Positions 27,086-36,592 of a stretch of DNA of 64,000 nucleotides are shown piece by piece. The DNA is from Thermoanaerobaculia bacterium (lineage in GTDB: Bacteria > Acidobacteriota > Thermoanaerobaculia > Multivoradales > Multivoraceae): the NCBI GenBank assembly GCA_963664405.1, contig OY761158.1:6112001-6176000 (forward strand). Direction: 5' to 3'. Positions within the stretch are counted from its first letter, which is position 1; every line of letters starts with the position of its first letter. The position numbers and the translations under genes are program-made. A model generated the notes under the pieces. That model was not told where the DNA came from. It saw only the letters and a program-made list of their open reading frames with translations, and did no database searches.

Positions 27086-27766
27086 ATGCGATTCGCCCTT
27101 TTTCTCTGTCTCTGCCTCGCCCTGATGCCGACCGAGGCCCAAGCGGAAGAAGCCGGTTGGATCGATCTCTTCAACGGCCGAGACCTGCAAGGCTGGACCC
27201 GACGCGGTGGGGAAGCCGAGTACCGAGTAGAGAAGGGTGCGATCGTGGGATCGACCGTGCTCGACACCTCGAACACCTTTCTGTGCACTGACCGCGACTA
27301 CGGCGACTTCACACTCGAGCTCGAGTTCAAGGTCGATCCCGATCTCAATTCGGGAGTACAGATCCGTAGCCATGTCTACGACAGAGAGAAGACGGCCATG
27401 ATCGGCGGCAAGACCAGGGTCAAACCGGCGGGCACGGTCTACGGTTACCAGGTCGAGATCGACCCCAGCGACCGCGCCTGGACGGGTGGAATCTACGACG
27501 AATCTCGCCGGGGGTGGCTGGTCGATCTGAGCCGCGACGAGGCCGCGCGCAAGGCGTTCAAAGCCGGGGCCTGGAACCACTTCAGAATCGAGGCACGAGG
27601 CTCGTCGATCAAGACCTGGGTCAACGGTGTACTCGCCGCCGATCTCTACGACGGAATGACCGCGAGCGGTTTTATCGGACTGCAGGTCCACAGCGTCGGC
27701 ACCGACGAAGAGCGGAAGGGAATCGAGACGCGGTGGCGCAACATCCGCATCAAGCCCTACGAGTAG
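27086..27766 (+). CDS. DUF1080 / 3-keto-disaccharide hydrolase-family protein
   Basis: LFNGRDLQGW, YGDFTLELEFK, NSGVQIRS, GYQVEI, WNHFRI, GFIGLQVH, WRNIRIK. Confidence 0.9.
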   Translation: MRFALFLCLCLALMPTEAQAEEAGWIDLFNGRDLQGWTRRGGEAEYRVEKGAIVGSTVLDTSNTFLCTDRDYGDFTLELEFKVDPDLNSGVQIRSHVYDREKTAMIGGKTRVKPAGTVYGYQVEIDPSDRAWTGGIYDESRRGWLVDLSRDEAARKAFKAGAWNHFRIEARGSSIKTWVNGVLAADLYDGMTASGFIGLQVHSVGTDEERKGIETRWRNIRIKPYE

Positions 27767-27780
27767 ACCGGAGTGAGTGG

Positions 27781-28788
27781 CTAAACCCTGTAGATCCGCG
27801 TCGCGGTGCCGTAGAACATCGCGTGCTTTTCGTTCTCAGAGAAGTCCGCCACGATCTTCTTGAAGCCGTTCCAGAGCACCTGGTACGAGAGCGAGAGCTT
27901 GTCGACCGGATAGTTACTCTCGAACATGCAGCGCTCGGGTCCAAAGCACTCGATGGTGTGGAGGTAGTACTTTCGCTGCGCTTCCACGAAGTCGTCTGAA
28001 GTCGGAGGCGCCTCGTCTCGGTCCCAACCGAAACCGTTGTCCGGCATCGCCATTCCGCCGAGCTTGGCGAACACATTGGGGCACTCGGCAATGGCCGCCA
28101 GGTCTTGGGTCCATTGCTCGAAGATCTCTTCCTGCATACCTGCGTAGGCGCCGACGCCCAGCGGGGTGCCGAAGTGATCGAGGATCATGGTCGTCTCGGG
28201 GACGGCTTGCGCCAGGGAGCGGAAGTCCTGGTTCTGATGAAAGAAGTGCCAGGTGTCGTAGGTGTATCCCATGCGCCCCAGGGTCCTGACGCCGGTGCGG
28301 AAATCTTCACGGGAGTAGGGGCAGGGGCGACCTCGTCCCGCGTTGGTGAGAGTCCCGGTTGGATCGCTCGGCCCGGCATGGCGGATCCCTCGAAAGAGGC
28401 CGTGACCCGCTTCTTCGTGGGCGAGAAGAACCTCTTCGACACCCTCGCCGAGGGTCATGTCGGCGTGGCTGACGATCCCCGCGATCGTGGCCTTGCCTTC
28501 CTGCTTTGCGCTCTCTTGGGCAATCGCGGTGACGAACTCGGTCTCACCAACCGGCTTGAGGTGATCGGGTCCGCTGTCGCGGTAGCCGGAGTGGCAGTCG
28601 ATGAAGATGGTCTTCTCGACGTTGTGGCCCGAGCCGGTATCGGCCCACAGGTCTTCGAGAAGGTAGGAGCCCCATTTCCCAGGCTTGGCCCAGAGATGGT
28701 GGTGGGTGTCGATGATCGGCCGCTCTGGGTCGACGATCTCTTCGCTGACAGAGGCAAGCCATTCGGCGGATCCTGGTGTGGGCATCAT
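27781..28788 (-). CDS. Amidohydrolase_2-family lactonase-like protein
   Basis: IIDTHHHLW, FRGIRH, ILDHFG, KLGG, MFESNYPVD. Confidence 0.85.
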   Translation of the reverse strand: MMPTPGSAEWLASVSEEIVDPERPIIDTHHHLWAKPGKWGSYLLEDLWADTGSGHNVEKTIFIDCHSGYRDSGPDHLKPVGETEFVTAIAQESAKQEGKATIAGIVSHADMTLGEGVEEVLLAHEEAGHGLFRGIRHAGPSDPTGTLTNAGRGRPCPYSREDFRTGVRTLGRMGYTYDTWHFFHQNQDFRSLAQAVPETTMILDHFGTPLGVGAYAGMQEEIFEQWTQDLAAIAECPNVFAKLGGMAMPDNGFGWDRDEAPPTSDDFVEAQRKYYLHTIECFGPERCMFESNYPVDKLSLSYQVLWNGFKKIVADFSENEKHAMFYGTATRIYRV

Positions 28789-28818
28789 TGTTCTCCGTGG
28801 TGATTTTTGGCCGGTGCC

Positions 28819-30048
28819 TCAACTCGGCGCCGCGCCCTGAGTGCCGATGTAGACGGCGTAGAGTGACTGGCTTGCCGCCATGAACAGGCGATTGCGCTTG
28901 GGCCCGCCGAAACACAGATTGCCGCAGACCTCGGGCAGACGAATGCGGCCGATGAGCTTCCCCGCCGGTGTCCACACCGTCACCCCGTTGTAGCCGACAT
29001 TGTTGCCGGCGTTGCTCGACGCCCACAGATTGCCCGCGACGTCGCAGCGCAGGCCATCGGGCCCGCATTTCACGCCGTCGACCACACAGTCGGTGAAGAG
29101 GCGATGGTTGGAGAGCTTGTTGTCGGCGCCGACGTCGAAGGCAAAGACCTGCCCCTTGCCGCCCGATCCGGTATCGCCGGGCCCCTTGCCTGTGCTGGCG
29201 ACATAGAGCGTCTTGTAGTCGGGAGAAAAGCAGAGACCGTTGGGATCGGGCACCTGGTCTTCGGTGGCGACCCGCGCGAGCTTGCCGCTGGGATCCCATC
29301 GGTAGCACTGGGTCGGCAGCTCTCGCTTCCAGGCGCCGATGCCGGGCGGTTGGCCGAGAGTGGGGTTGAGAAGGCCGGCCGGGTTGGTGGGCCCTCCGGC
29401 CGCATCGGGGGCACCTTCGTAGAGCATTCCGCCATAGGGCGGATCGGTAAACCAGATGCTGCCGTCGGGATGGGGAACGGCGTCGTTCGGAGAGTTGAGT
29501 CGCTTGCCCTCGAACGAGTCGGCAAGCACGATAGCCGAGCCGTCGAGCTCGTAGCGCACCACGCGACGCATCAGATGCTGGCACGAGATCTGCCGGCCCT
29601 GGAAGTCGAAGGTGTTGCCGTTACTGTTCTGCGAGGGCGCTCGAAAGACGCTTACATGCCCGTCGTCCTCCAGCCAGCGCATCTGCCGGTTGTTCGGGAT
29701 GTCGCTCCAGATCAGGTATCGACCTTGGGAGCTCCAAGCCGGACCCTCGGCCCAGAGTGCGCCGGTCCAGAGACGCTGGATAGCGGAATTCGGTTGCGTC
29801 AGGCCACGGAACGAAGGATCGACAACGATGACATCCGGGTCCCAGAAGTAAGTGGTCGGTGCGGCCCCCGGTCCGAAATCGCGCGGTGGGGTGGTGACCG
29901 TACTCGGTGGCAGGACCGGCCTCGTCGCCTGCTGAGCCAGAGCGACCCCGCTGCCGATCGCCACGGCGCCGGAACCCAGCCCCACAGCCTTGATGAGCGT
30001 TCGTCGCGACACCGCCCGGTCGCCTATCGTCGCCTTTTCTGTCGCCAT
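28819..30048 (-). CDS. Tat-exported SMP-30/gluconolactonase
   Basis: SRRTLIK Tat motif; WAEGP, SDIPNN, NSPND, FTDPPYG, PNGLCFSPD, PDGLRCD. Confidence 0.9.
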   Translation of the reverse strand: MATEKATIGDRAVSRRTLIKAVGLGSGAVAIGSGVALAQQATRPVLPPSTVTTPPRDFGPGAAPTTYFWDPDVIVVDPSFRGLTQPNSAIQRLWTGALWAEGPAWSSQGRYLIWSDIPNNRQMRWLEDDGHVSVFRAPSQNSNGNTFDFQGRQISCQHLMRRVVRYELDGSAIVLADSFEGKRLNSPNDAVPHPDGSIWFTDPPYGGMLYEGAPDAAGGPTNPAGLLNPTLGQPPGIGAWKRELPTQCYRWDPSGKLARVATEDQVPDPNGLCFSPDYKTLYVASTGKGPGDTGSGGKGQVFAFDVGADNKLSNHRLFTDCVVDGVKCGPDGLRCDVAGNLWASSNAGNNVGYNGVTVWTPAGKLIGRIRLPEVCGNLCFGGPKRNRLFMAASQSLYAVYIGTQGAAPS

Positions 30049-30094
30049 CTCTGCCTCCTCGCCGCGGAGTCTCTCATGCATCGCAGTACCTCTT

Positions 30095-31006
30095 TTACCC
30101 GCCTCCGAGCTCCCTGATTCTTGCCAGCCTCTCGCCTTCGTTCGCTTGCAGCCACGGGTCGCTGCCGAGTCGTTCATGTGCGATCGCGAAGTGCGGCTTC
30201 GCCTCCTCCGCGCGGTCGAGTAAGAGCAAGCATTCGCCGATCTCTTCTTGCGTGTACCCTTCGGCCTCCTTGCCGGCGCGCTCGGGATGGTCCAGCAGCG
30301 GGAGCTGGATCACGAGAGCTTCTTCGACGCGACCGAGCAAGCGCAGCATCTTTGCTTTGGACCACAGCGCGATGCTCGCTTCGAAGCTTCTGCCGAGACT
30401 CTCCCTGAAGAGACGATCCTCTTCGAAGAGAGTCAGTGCCCGCTCGTGCTCGCCTCTGTCGCTGTAAGTCCACGCGAGGTTGTTACGCAGCGGTCCCAGC
30501 CAGCCGCGCACGCCTTCATCCTTGGCAGCCATCGCCATCTCGATCGCGCGCTCGTTCCACCGGATCGCCTGATCGGGCTCCTCGACGATGCCGAGCATGT
30601 GGGCGGCGTCGACGGCGAGGCCCTCGAATCCGCCACTCTGCGCGAGCGACAGCGCGGATTCGAAGTGCGCGACGGATGCGGCCGCGTCGCCACTGCTGTT
30701 GATCACCCGCCCACGTTCCAGATTCAGGCGCACCCGAGCCAGCTGCATATCTTCCGTTAGAGCCTCCTCGGCTTCATTCAGCACTTCATGGGCGTCGCCG
30801 AAACGCCGCTGAAGGCCGACGGATCTTGCCAGCTGCGTCAGCGCCTCGGCGGCGTAAGCGTCGTCGGCTGCTGCCTCCCCGCGCTCTTTGAGCTCTCTGA
30901 AGCGGGCTTCGCTCGCGGCGGGGTTCCCGAAATCCCACGCGCTGTCTACTTTGGGCAGTAAGTCAGGCACGGTCGCCGGCGCGTTTTCCAAGAGGCGGGC
31001 GAACAC
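30095..31006 (-). CDS. Tetratricopeptide repeat protein
   Basis: WDFGNPAASEARF, ALTQLARS.GL, LERGR, DAAHML, NNLAW helical repeats. Confidence 0.75.
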   Translation of the reverse strand: MFARLLENAPATVPDLLPKVDSAWDFGNPAASEARFRELKERGEAAADDAYAAEALTQLARSVGLQRRFGDAHEVLNEAEEALTEDMQLARVRLNLERGRVINSSGDAAASVAHFESALSLAQSGGFEGLAVDAAHMLGIVEEPDQAIRWNERAIEMAMAAKDEGVRGWLGPLRNNLAWTYSDRGEHERALTLFEEDRLFRESLGRSFEASIALWSKAKMLRLLGRVEEALVIQLPLLDHPERAGKEAEGYTQEEIGECLLLLDRAEEAKPHFAIAHERLGSDPWLQANEGERLARIRELGGG

Positions 31007-31009
31007 GGA

Positions 31010-31708
31010 TCAGCCGCAAAGCTGATCGGCGAGATCCGTGTAGTTCTCGGCGAGGATATCGAAGGAGGAGGTGTCGCCACGGCTTCCTGGCTCTCGCAGT
31101 TTCGGCTGTACGAACGCGGTCTTCAATCCGGCACGGGCCGCGGCTGCGAGGTCCCCGGGGTGTACTGCGACCATCATGACTTCTCCGGGTAGAGCGCCGA
31201 GCAATGAAGCGGCCTTGCGGTAGGCCTCCGGTTCGGGCTTGTATACGCCGAGGAACTCGCAGGATAGATAGGCGTCCCAGTCGATTCCGGCATGCTTGGA
31301 GCTGTCGACGGCGATAGACAGCGACAACACGGTGAGTATGGAGACGATGTAGTCCTCTCGCAACCGACTCAAGGCAGCCGGTACATCGGGCCACACGTCC
31401 ATTTGGTGCCAAGCGTCGTTGAGTTGGTCTCTTTCAGCCTCGGTGAGCTCGAGTCCTGAATACTTGTCGGCAAGCTCATCGAGAACGGTGCGGTGTAGCT
31501 GGTCCGCATTCTGCCAGGGAAGGTCGCCGGCTCGTACTTTCGCCAAGGTTTCGAACATGCGCCTTCGCCAGTCGAAGGCGAAGGACTCGTCGTCGACGTC
31601 GACGCCCTTTTGCGAGGCGAGCTGGCGCAGTGCAGTTCGGGTGGCGGTTTGCCAGTCGAAGATGCTTCCTCCGACGTCGAAAGTGAGGGCTTTGATCCCG
31701 TTTTTCAT
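31010..31708 (-). CDS. Haloacid dehalogenase type II (HAD)
   Basis: FDVGGSIFDW, YKPEP, MMVAVHPGDL..A..AGLKTAFV. Confidence 0.85.
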   Translation of the reverse strand: MKNGIKALTFDVGGSIFDWQTATRTALRQLASQKGVDVDDESFAFDWRRRMFETLAKVRAGDLPWQNADQLHRTVLDELADKYSGLELTEAERDQLNDAWHQMDVWPDVPAALSRLREDYIVSILTVLSLSIAVDSSKHAGIDWDAYLSCEFLGVYKPEPEAYRKAASLLGALPGEVMMVAVHPGDLAAAARAGLKTAFVQPKLREPGSRGDTSSFDILAENYTDLADQLCG

Positions 31709-31712
31709 CTGT

Positions 31713-33209
31713 TCACCTTGGGAAAGTGTCTATGCCCGGCTTCGGGTCCGGCTGAGTCGCCAGGATCGCTGCGAGTCGTTCCACCACCTGAGGTCGCTCC
31801 ATCGCGAGGTTCTTCCGCTCGAGAGGATCGGTCTGGTAGTCGTAGAGCTCATAGTCCTGCCCGCCCTGCTCGCCGATTGCTTTCCATTCAACCAGACGAT
31901 AGCGCTGCGTGCGGATTGCCCGGCCCAGGCGGTTGCCTTTGGGATAGCAGTGGTAGGCGTAGCCACCGCGCGCGGGTTTCTCACCCTTCAACAGCGGTAC
32001 CAGACTGTCGCCGTCGATCGGCTGGGGCCCGGTTGGCGTCGGTAAGCCCGCCAACTCGGTGAGGGTGGGGAAGAGGTCGACGGTTTCGACCAGGGCGCTG
32101 GAGCTCGAGCCTGGCTTGGTGATTCCGGGGGCCGAGATCAGGATCGGAATCCGATTGGCTTGTTCATAGTTGGTGTGCTTGGTCCACATGCCGTGGTCGC
32201 CGAGGTGGTAACCGTGGTCCCCCCACAAGACGATGATCGTGTTCTCTTCGAGTCCCAGGCGGTCGACCTCGTCGAGCACTCGACCCACCTGCGCATCCAT
32301 GTAGCTGAGGGCTGCGAAGTAGCCGTGAATGAGCGTACGCTGCATCTCGTCGGCGACGGGAGGCTTCTCGGGGATCGGCTTGTAGGCCGACAATTCACCG
32401 AGCGTCTTGCCGGCGTAAGCCGGAGCGCCCTGCGGTGGCTCCCTCAATTCCGCGAGCGAGAGCGCGCTTGGATCGTAGAGATCCCAGTACTTCTTCGGAG
32501 CGCAGAAGGGCAGGTGCGGCTTGGTGAATCCGAGGGCCAGAAAGAACGCCTGGCCGGACTCTTTGTAGGCCTTCAGCCGTTTGATTCCTTCGCTGGCGAT
32601 GCGTCCGTCGGCGTAGGCTCCGTCGTCGACATCCGCCTTCTCCCAAGCCGCGCCGCGAGTGAGTCCCGCTGCAGACTTGTTGCTGAAGAGGGCCTCTTCA
32701 CGGGTGAGCTGGCCGTTGGTGCTGTCCGGGAGCACATAGTCGATCACTTTGTCCGGGTGGAAGGGCACGCTCCAAGAGTGGGTGTCGTTGATGTTGCCGT
32801 GTCCGATATGAAAGACCTTGCCCACCCCGGCCGAGTGATACCCGTTCTGCTTGAAGTACTGTGGCATCGTGACCGCATCGGGCACCGCTTTGCGAAAGTG
32901 GGTTTGCAGTCGATAGATCCCGAGCGACGTCGACCGCGATCCCACCAGCAGATTGTTGCGCGAGGGGGCACAGACCGCTTGATTGGTATAGGCCATATCG
33001 AATCGCATGCCCCTCGCGGCCAGCCGATCAAGGTTCGGTGAGTGAACCCATTTCTCTCCGTAGGCTCCGAATGCAGGCTTGAGATCGTCGACCAGAATGA
33101 GGAGGACGTTGGGTTTAGCCACGTCCGCGAAAATGAGCTGCGGACACAATCCGAGACACGAAAGGACAAGAGCAAGCGCAGCTGGTCTCGGGTTCATCCG
33201 ATTCATCAT
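31713..33209 (-). CDS. Sulfatase, iduronate-2-sulfatase-like
   Basis: VDDLKP, CAPSR, GKVFH, KPHLPF, WGDHG. Confidence 0.9.
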   Translation of the reverse strand: MMNRMNPRPAALALVLSCLGLCPQLIFADVAKPNVLLILVDDLKPAFGAYGEKWVHSPNLDRLAARGMRFDMAYTNQAVCAPSRNNLLVGSRSTSLGIYRLQTHFRKAVPDAVTMPQYFKQNGYHSAGVGKVFHIGHGNINDTHSWSVPFHPDKVIDYVLPDSTNGQLTREEALFSNKSAAGLTRGAAWEKADVDDGAYADGRIASEGIKRLKAYKESGQAFFLALGFTKPHLPFCAPKKYWDLYDPSALSLAELREPPQGAPAYAGKTLGELSAYKPIPEKPPVADEMQRTLIHGYFAALSYMDAQVGRVLDEVDRLGLEENTIIVLWGDHGYHLGDHGMWTKHTNYEQANRIPILISAPGITKPGSSSSALVETVDLFPTLTELAGLPTPTGPQPIDGDSLVPLLKGEKPARGGYAYHCYPKGNRLGRAIRTQRYRLVEWKAIGEQGGQDYELYDYQTDPLERKNLAMERPQVVERLAAILATQPDPKPGIDTFPR

Positions 33210-33489
33210 ACTGCGGCGAGCGGATGGTTGGACTAGTGAGTGGCGTGGCCGCTGCGCAATATCTTGGCAAGGATTTTGCGACTAGTGAGTGAGCGACAAG
33301 TCGAGAGTTCCGGATGCCGCTCATCGCAAGGGTTCCGGGCTTCGAAGCCCACCCAGGTTGACGAAAATCGGGACCAAGGCCTGTCAAAAATTCGGGTGCC
33401 TCCGTGGTGCCACATTCCTCGCTCGCTGAACGGGCGGGATTCTATCGGCCTTCGGCCATTTGGGCTTATGCCCAGGGAGAGATGATCGG

Positions 33490-34809
33490 ATGACAAGAAG
33501 GGGTCCTTTTCTCGCAGTCCTGCTCCTCGCCGCAGTCGCGGCCGTGCCAGTCACCGCAAACCAGACCGTACTCGCGATCTCGAAGATTGCGGATTTCCTC
33601 TACGTCATCGACCCGAGCCTCGGGACCATTCTGACGGACTTGGAGCTCAGCGGCACCAATCTCCGCAGTGGCTTCACGCTCGGGCTCGCGGTAAGCCCGG
33701 TGACCGGCGAAGTCTTCTCCGTGCTGCGCTTCGACAACCCCGATGGCGACAATCACCCCCTCCTGGTGATCGATCCGGTGTCAGGGGTGGCCACCGAGAT
33801 CGGTAGTACCGGAGGCTCAGGCAACCTGAAGTTCGCCGATCTTAGTTTTGGGACCGACGGTACCCTCTACGGTGTGACCGGTGACGGCTCACCGACATCT
33901 CCCTCATCCCTCTTCATCATCGATACGTCGACGGGTTTTGCGACTCTGAAATTCGCTCTGGGGAACGGAGACGACGGCGAAGCTATCGCCTTCAACCCAG
34001 AGGATGGGCTCATCTACCACTTCTCTGGCTTTGGAGATCTGATTTTTGAGTCGGTCGATGCAACGACCGGTGCCACGACCGCGATCCCTCTCTCGGGGCC
34101 CGACGGCAACAACTTCCAAGAAGTGCTTTCGATGACCTACGCCGGCAATAGTAGCTTCTACACCGTCGATAGGGCTGGCAATGTCACCGTGGTTTCGACC
34201 GCAGGCGTTGCTACTACGAGCGGAGATCTCGGCAACCTGGCCAAGGGAATCGCCGTCATGCGGCCTATCGCCCTCTGTCTTGATCAGGAAGAGGTCGCCG
34301 ATAGTCAGTGTCTGGCCGACGCCTCGGTTGACGCCGGCTCCTTCGACCCCGACGGCGACTCGGTGACGCTCACGCAGAGCCCGGCGAGCCCCTACGGTCT
34401 TGGCGTGAGTGACGTAACCCTCAGCGTCTCGGACGGCGACGTGTCCACGAGCTGCGAGGCGAAGGTGACAGTCGTGGACCTCGCCCCGCCTGACGTGGAG
34501 TGTGGCCTACCAGCGAGTCTTGGTCCGCCGGACACACCTGTCGTCATTCAGGCGACGGCCGAAGACAACTGCAGCGCAACTGCCACGGTGGGGCCGGTCG
34601 ATTGCTACAAGCTCAACGGTGCCGGTAAGCGGATCGATGCCAACGATTCGTGCTCCGTCGTCAGCAGCGGTGACACCGTCACCATCCTGAACACCGGCGG
34701 CGTAGGTACCGTGCTCGAGTGGGAGGCTACCGCCGAGGACTCGAGTGGAAACACCGCCACCGAGACGTGCTCGATCGAAGTGTCGAATCCCGGCAAAGGT
34801 AAGAAGTAG
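33490..34809 (+). CDS. Secreted beta-propeller-like protein with Cys-containing HYR/Ig-like C-terminal domains
   Basis: Signal peptide; repeated ID..TG.AT.IG blades; GSFDPDGD..T...VTL.V.D and ATAED..GN..TC segments. Confidence 0.65.
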   Translation: MTRRGPFLAVLLLAAVAAVPVTANQTVLAISKIADFLYVIDPSLGTILTDLELSGTNLRSGFTLGLAVSPVTGEVFSVLRFDNPDGDNHPLLVIDPVSGVATEIGSTGGSGNLKFADLSFGTDGTLYGVTGDGSPTSPSSLFIIDTSTGFATLKFALGNGDDGEAIAFNPEDGLIYHFSGFGDLIFESVDATTGATTAIPLSGPDGNNFQEVLSMTYAGNSSFYTVDRAGNVTVVSTAGVATTSGDLGNLAKGIAVMRPIALCLDQEEVADSQCLADASVDAGSFDPDGDSVTLTQSPASPYGLGVSDVTLSVSDGDVSTSCEAKVTVVDLAPPDVECGLPASLGPPDTPVVIQATAEDNCSATATVGPVDCYKLNGAGKRIDANDSCSVVSSGDTVTILNTGGVGTVLEWEATAEDSSGNTATETCSIEVSNPGKGKK

Positions 34810-34889
34810 CGCCACTCTCGTCGTGGAGCGCGTCGGCACCGTCCCTTCTCGGTGCTCAGGTACGACATCCTGGACTCTGAGCCTGAGAC

Positions 34890-35012
34890 TTCGACGCCTT
34901 CGAGCAGGCCGATGTCACCTCGACCCGACGCTACGGCGGAACCGGTTTGGGATTCTCAATTACCAAACGCTTGGTCGAGTTTCTTGACGGGCGTATCGGC
35001 GTCACCAGCGAC
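34890..35012 (+). pseudogene. Histidine kinase HATPase_c (F/G2 box) remnant
   Basis: [41 protein letters not shown]; in-frame TGA at 34884. Confidence 0.8.
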
Positions 35013-35066
35013 GTCCTTCGGTTGAGATTCTCCGGCTAGGTAGAGCGGAGTTGCCTACGACCATTT

Positions 35067-36368
35067 TCAACGCTGCTGCCACTCCCCACCCTGCATCACG
35101 CGTTCGATCTTGCGTGTGTTTTGGATGTCGGCCTCGGGATCCGCAAACAGAAGAACGAGATCTGCGATCTTGCCGCGGGTCAGAACCCCGAACTCGGCAG
35201 CTCCGCCCTCCAACTGCTTTGCTCCGTTTCCAGTAGCCGCTGCGATCGCCTGGACTGGCGACAGGCCGGCTTCGACAAAGAGGCGCATCTCGTGGTGGGT
35301 TGCCCACCCGAAGGGGACATTGCCCGCACCGCTGTCCGAGCCGACGAGGAGGGTCACTCCGGCGTCACGCATGGCGCGCACGAAGTGCTGTTGTCTGGCG
35401 TAGATCGTCCGCCAGCGCGCGGTCGCCGGGCTGGCCAAGATCTGCTCCCGGGTCTCCGCGCTCTCCAGCCGCTCGAGTGTGGCGGCTCTGAATCCGGCAC
35501 GGATGTCGGGGTCGCTCAGCTGATCGGGGTTCTCGGGCAGGAACCATGAATCTTGCGTCTTGGTAAGGGCGGGAGCGAACGAGAGACCCAGCTCCTTCGC
35601 CTTCTGGCCGAAGGCGAGCCCCACCTCATGGGAGCGTACGCCGTGGAGAAACTGCCGTACGCCGACCTCCGCCAACTGCCAGATGTCGGCCTCATCGAAG
35701 ACATGGGCCACGGTCGGAATCCCGTGGAGCCTCGCTTCGTCGGCGATCGCGGCACGGATCTCAGGCGAGATCTTCTTCTTGGTGCCGTTCCAATCGTCGA
35801 TCCACATCTTGACGAAGTCCAGCCGGCCGGAGGTCTGCGAGCGCACCATCTCACGCGCCTCTTCCTCACTCGTGGGCGCGTTCATCCCTGGCGGATTCCC
35901 GTCCGGATAGATGAATCCAACGCCGGCGGTGTAAAGCCGTGGGCCCGGGATGACTCCGGCCTCGGCATCCGCCATTATGGCGAGATTGTCCTCGCGATCG
36001 TTTCCCATGCCGCGAGTCGTTGTCACTCCCATCCGCAGTTGAGCGAGGTACTGCCGCTCGACCTCCTCACGGCCGCCGCCGTAGTGGCAGTGGAGGTCGA
36101 TGAGGCCGGGAATCACCACTTTGCCGGCACCGTTTACGATCTCCGCCTCCTCGGGAAGAGCCGTAACGGAGCGCCTTCCCACGCTTTCGATTCGGCCGTC
36201 GCGAATTACGATCAGGGAGTCGTAGATCGGCTCGGCGCCTGTCCCGTCGATGAGCTTGGCTCCTACGATGGCAATTGCCTGGGGCCCGATCGTTGGCGGT
36301 GCGCTCTCGCTTTGACATCCGACCGCGAGGATGGCGACGCTCAGAAGAGACAGCAGAGGACGTTTCAT
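35067..36368 (-). CDS. Amidohydrolase-family lipoprotein
   Basis: Lipobox AVGC; PGLIDLHCH, VGSDSG, ATGNGA, GKIADLVL. Confidence 0.85.
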   Translation of the reverse strand: MKRPLLSLLSVAILAVGCQSESAPPTIGPQAIAIVGAKLIDGTGAEPIYDSLIVIRDGRIESVGRRSVTALPEEAEIVNGAGKVVIPGLIDLHCHYGGGREEVERQYLAQLRMGVTTTRGMGNDREDNLAIMADAEAGVIPGPRLYTAGVGFIYPDGNPPGMNAPTSEEEAREMVRSQTSGRLDFVKMWIDDWNGTKKKISPEIRAAIADEARLHGIPTVAHVFDEADIWQLAEVGVRQFLHGVRSHEVGLAFGQKAKELGLSFAPALTKTQDSWFLPENPDQLSDPDIRAGFRAATLERLESAETREQILASPATARWRTIYARQQHFVRAMRDAGVTLLVGSDSGAGNVPFGWATHHEMRLFVEAGLSPVQAIAAATGNGAKQLEGGAAEFGVLTRGKIADLVLLFADPEADIQNTRKIERVMQGGEWQQR

Positions 36369-36592
36369 CTCCGTAGAATCTTCTCGAATGCTAGAGTCCC
36401 AATCGAAGTCAGTCGACCGATAGGAGAAGCCGGCGCGCCAATGGCGCGGGCTTCCGGAAAATGACAGATATCACTTCCATCAGCTAGTGGTTTCTGGCCG
36501 AGTGCCCATCTGGGCGACTCGCTAGCCTGCTGCGCAGGCCGCGACACTCCGTTTTCTGTACACCGATCTCTACTCCTCCGGGAGGGGGGCGC

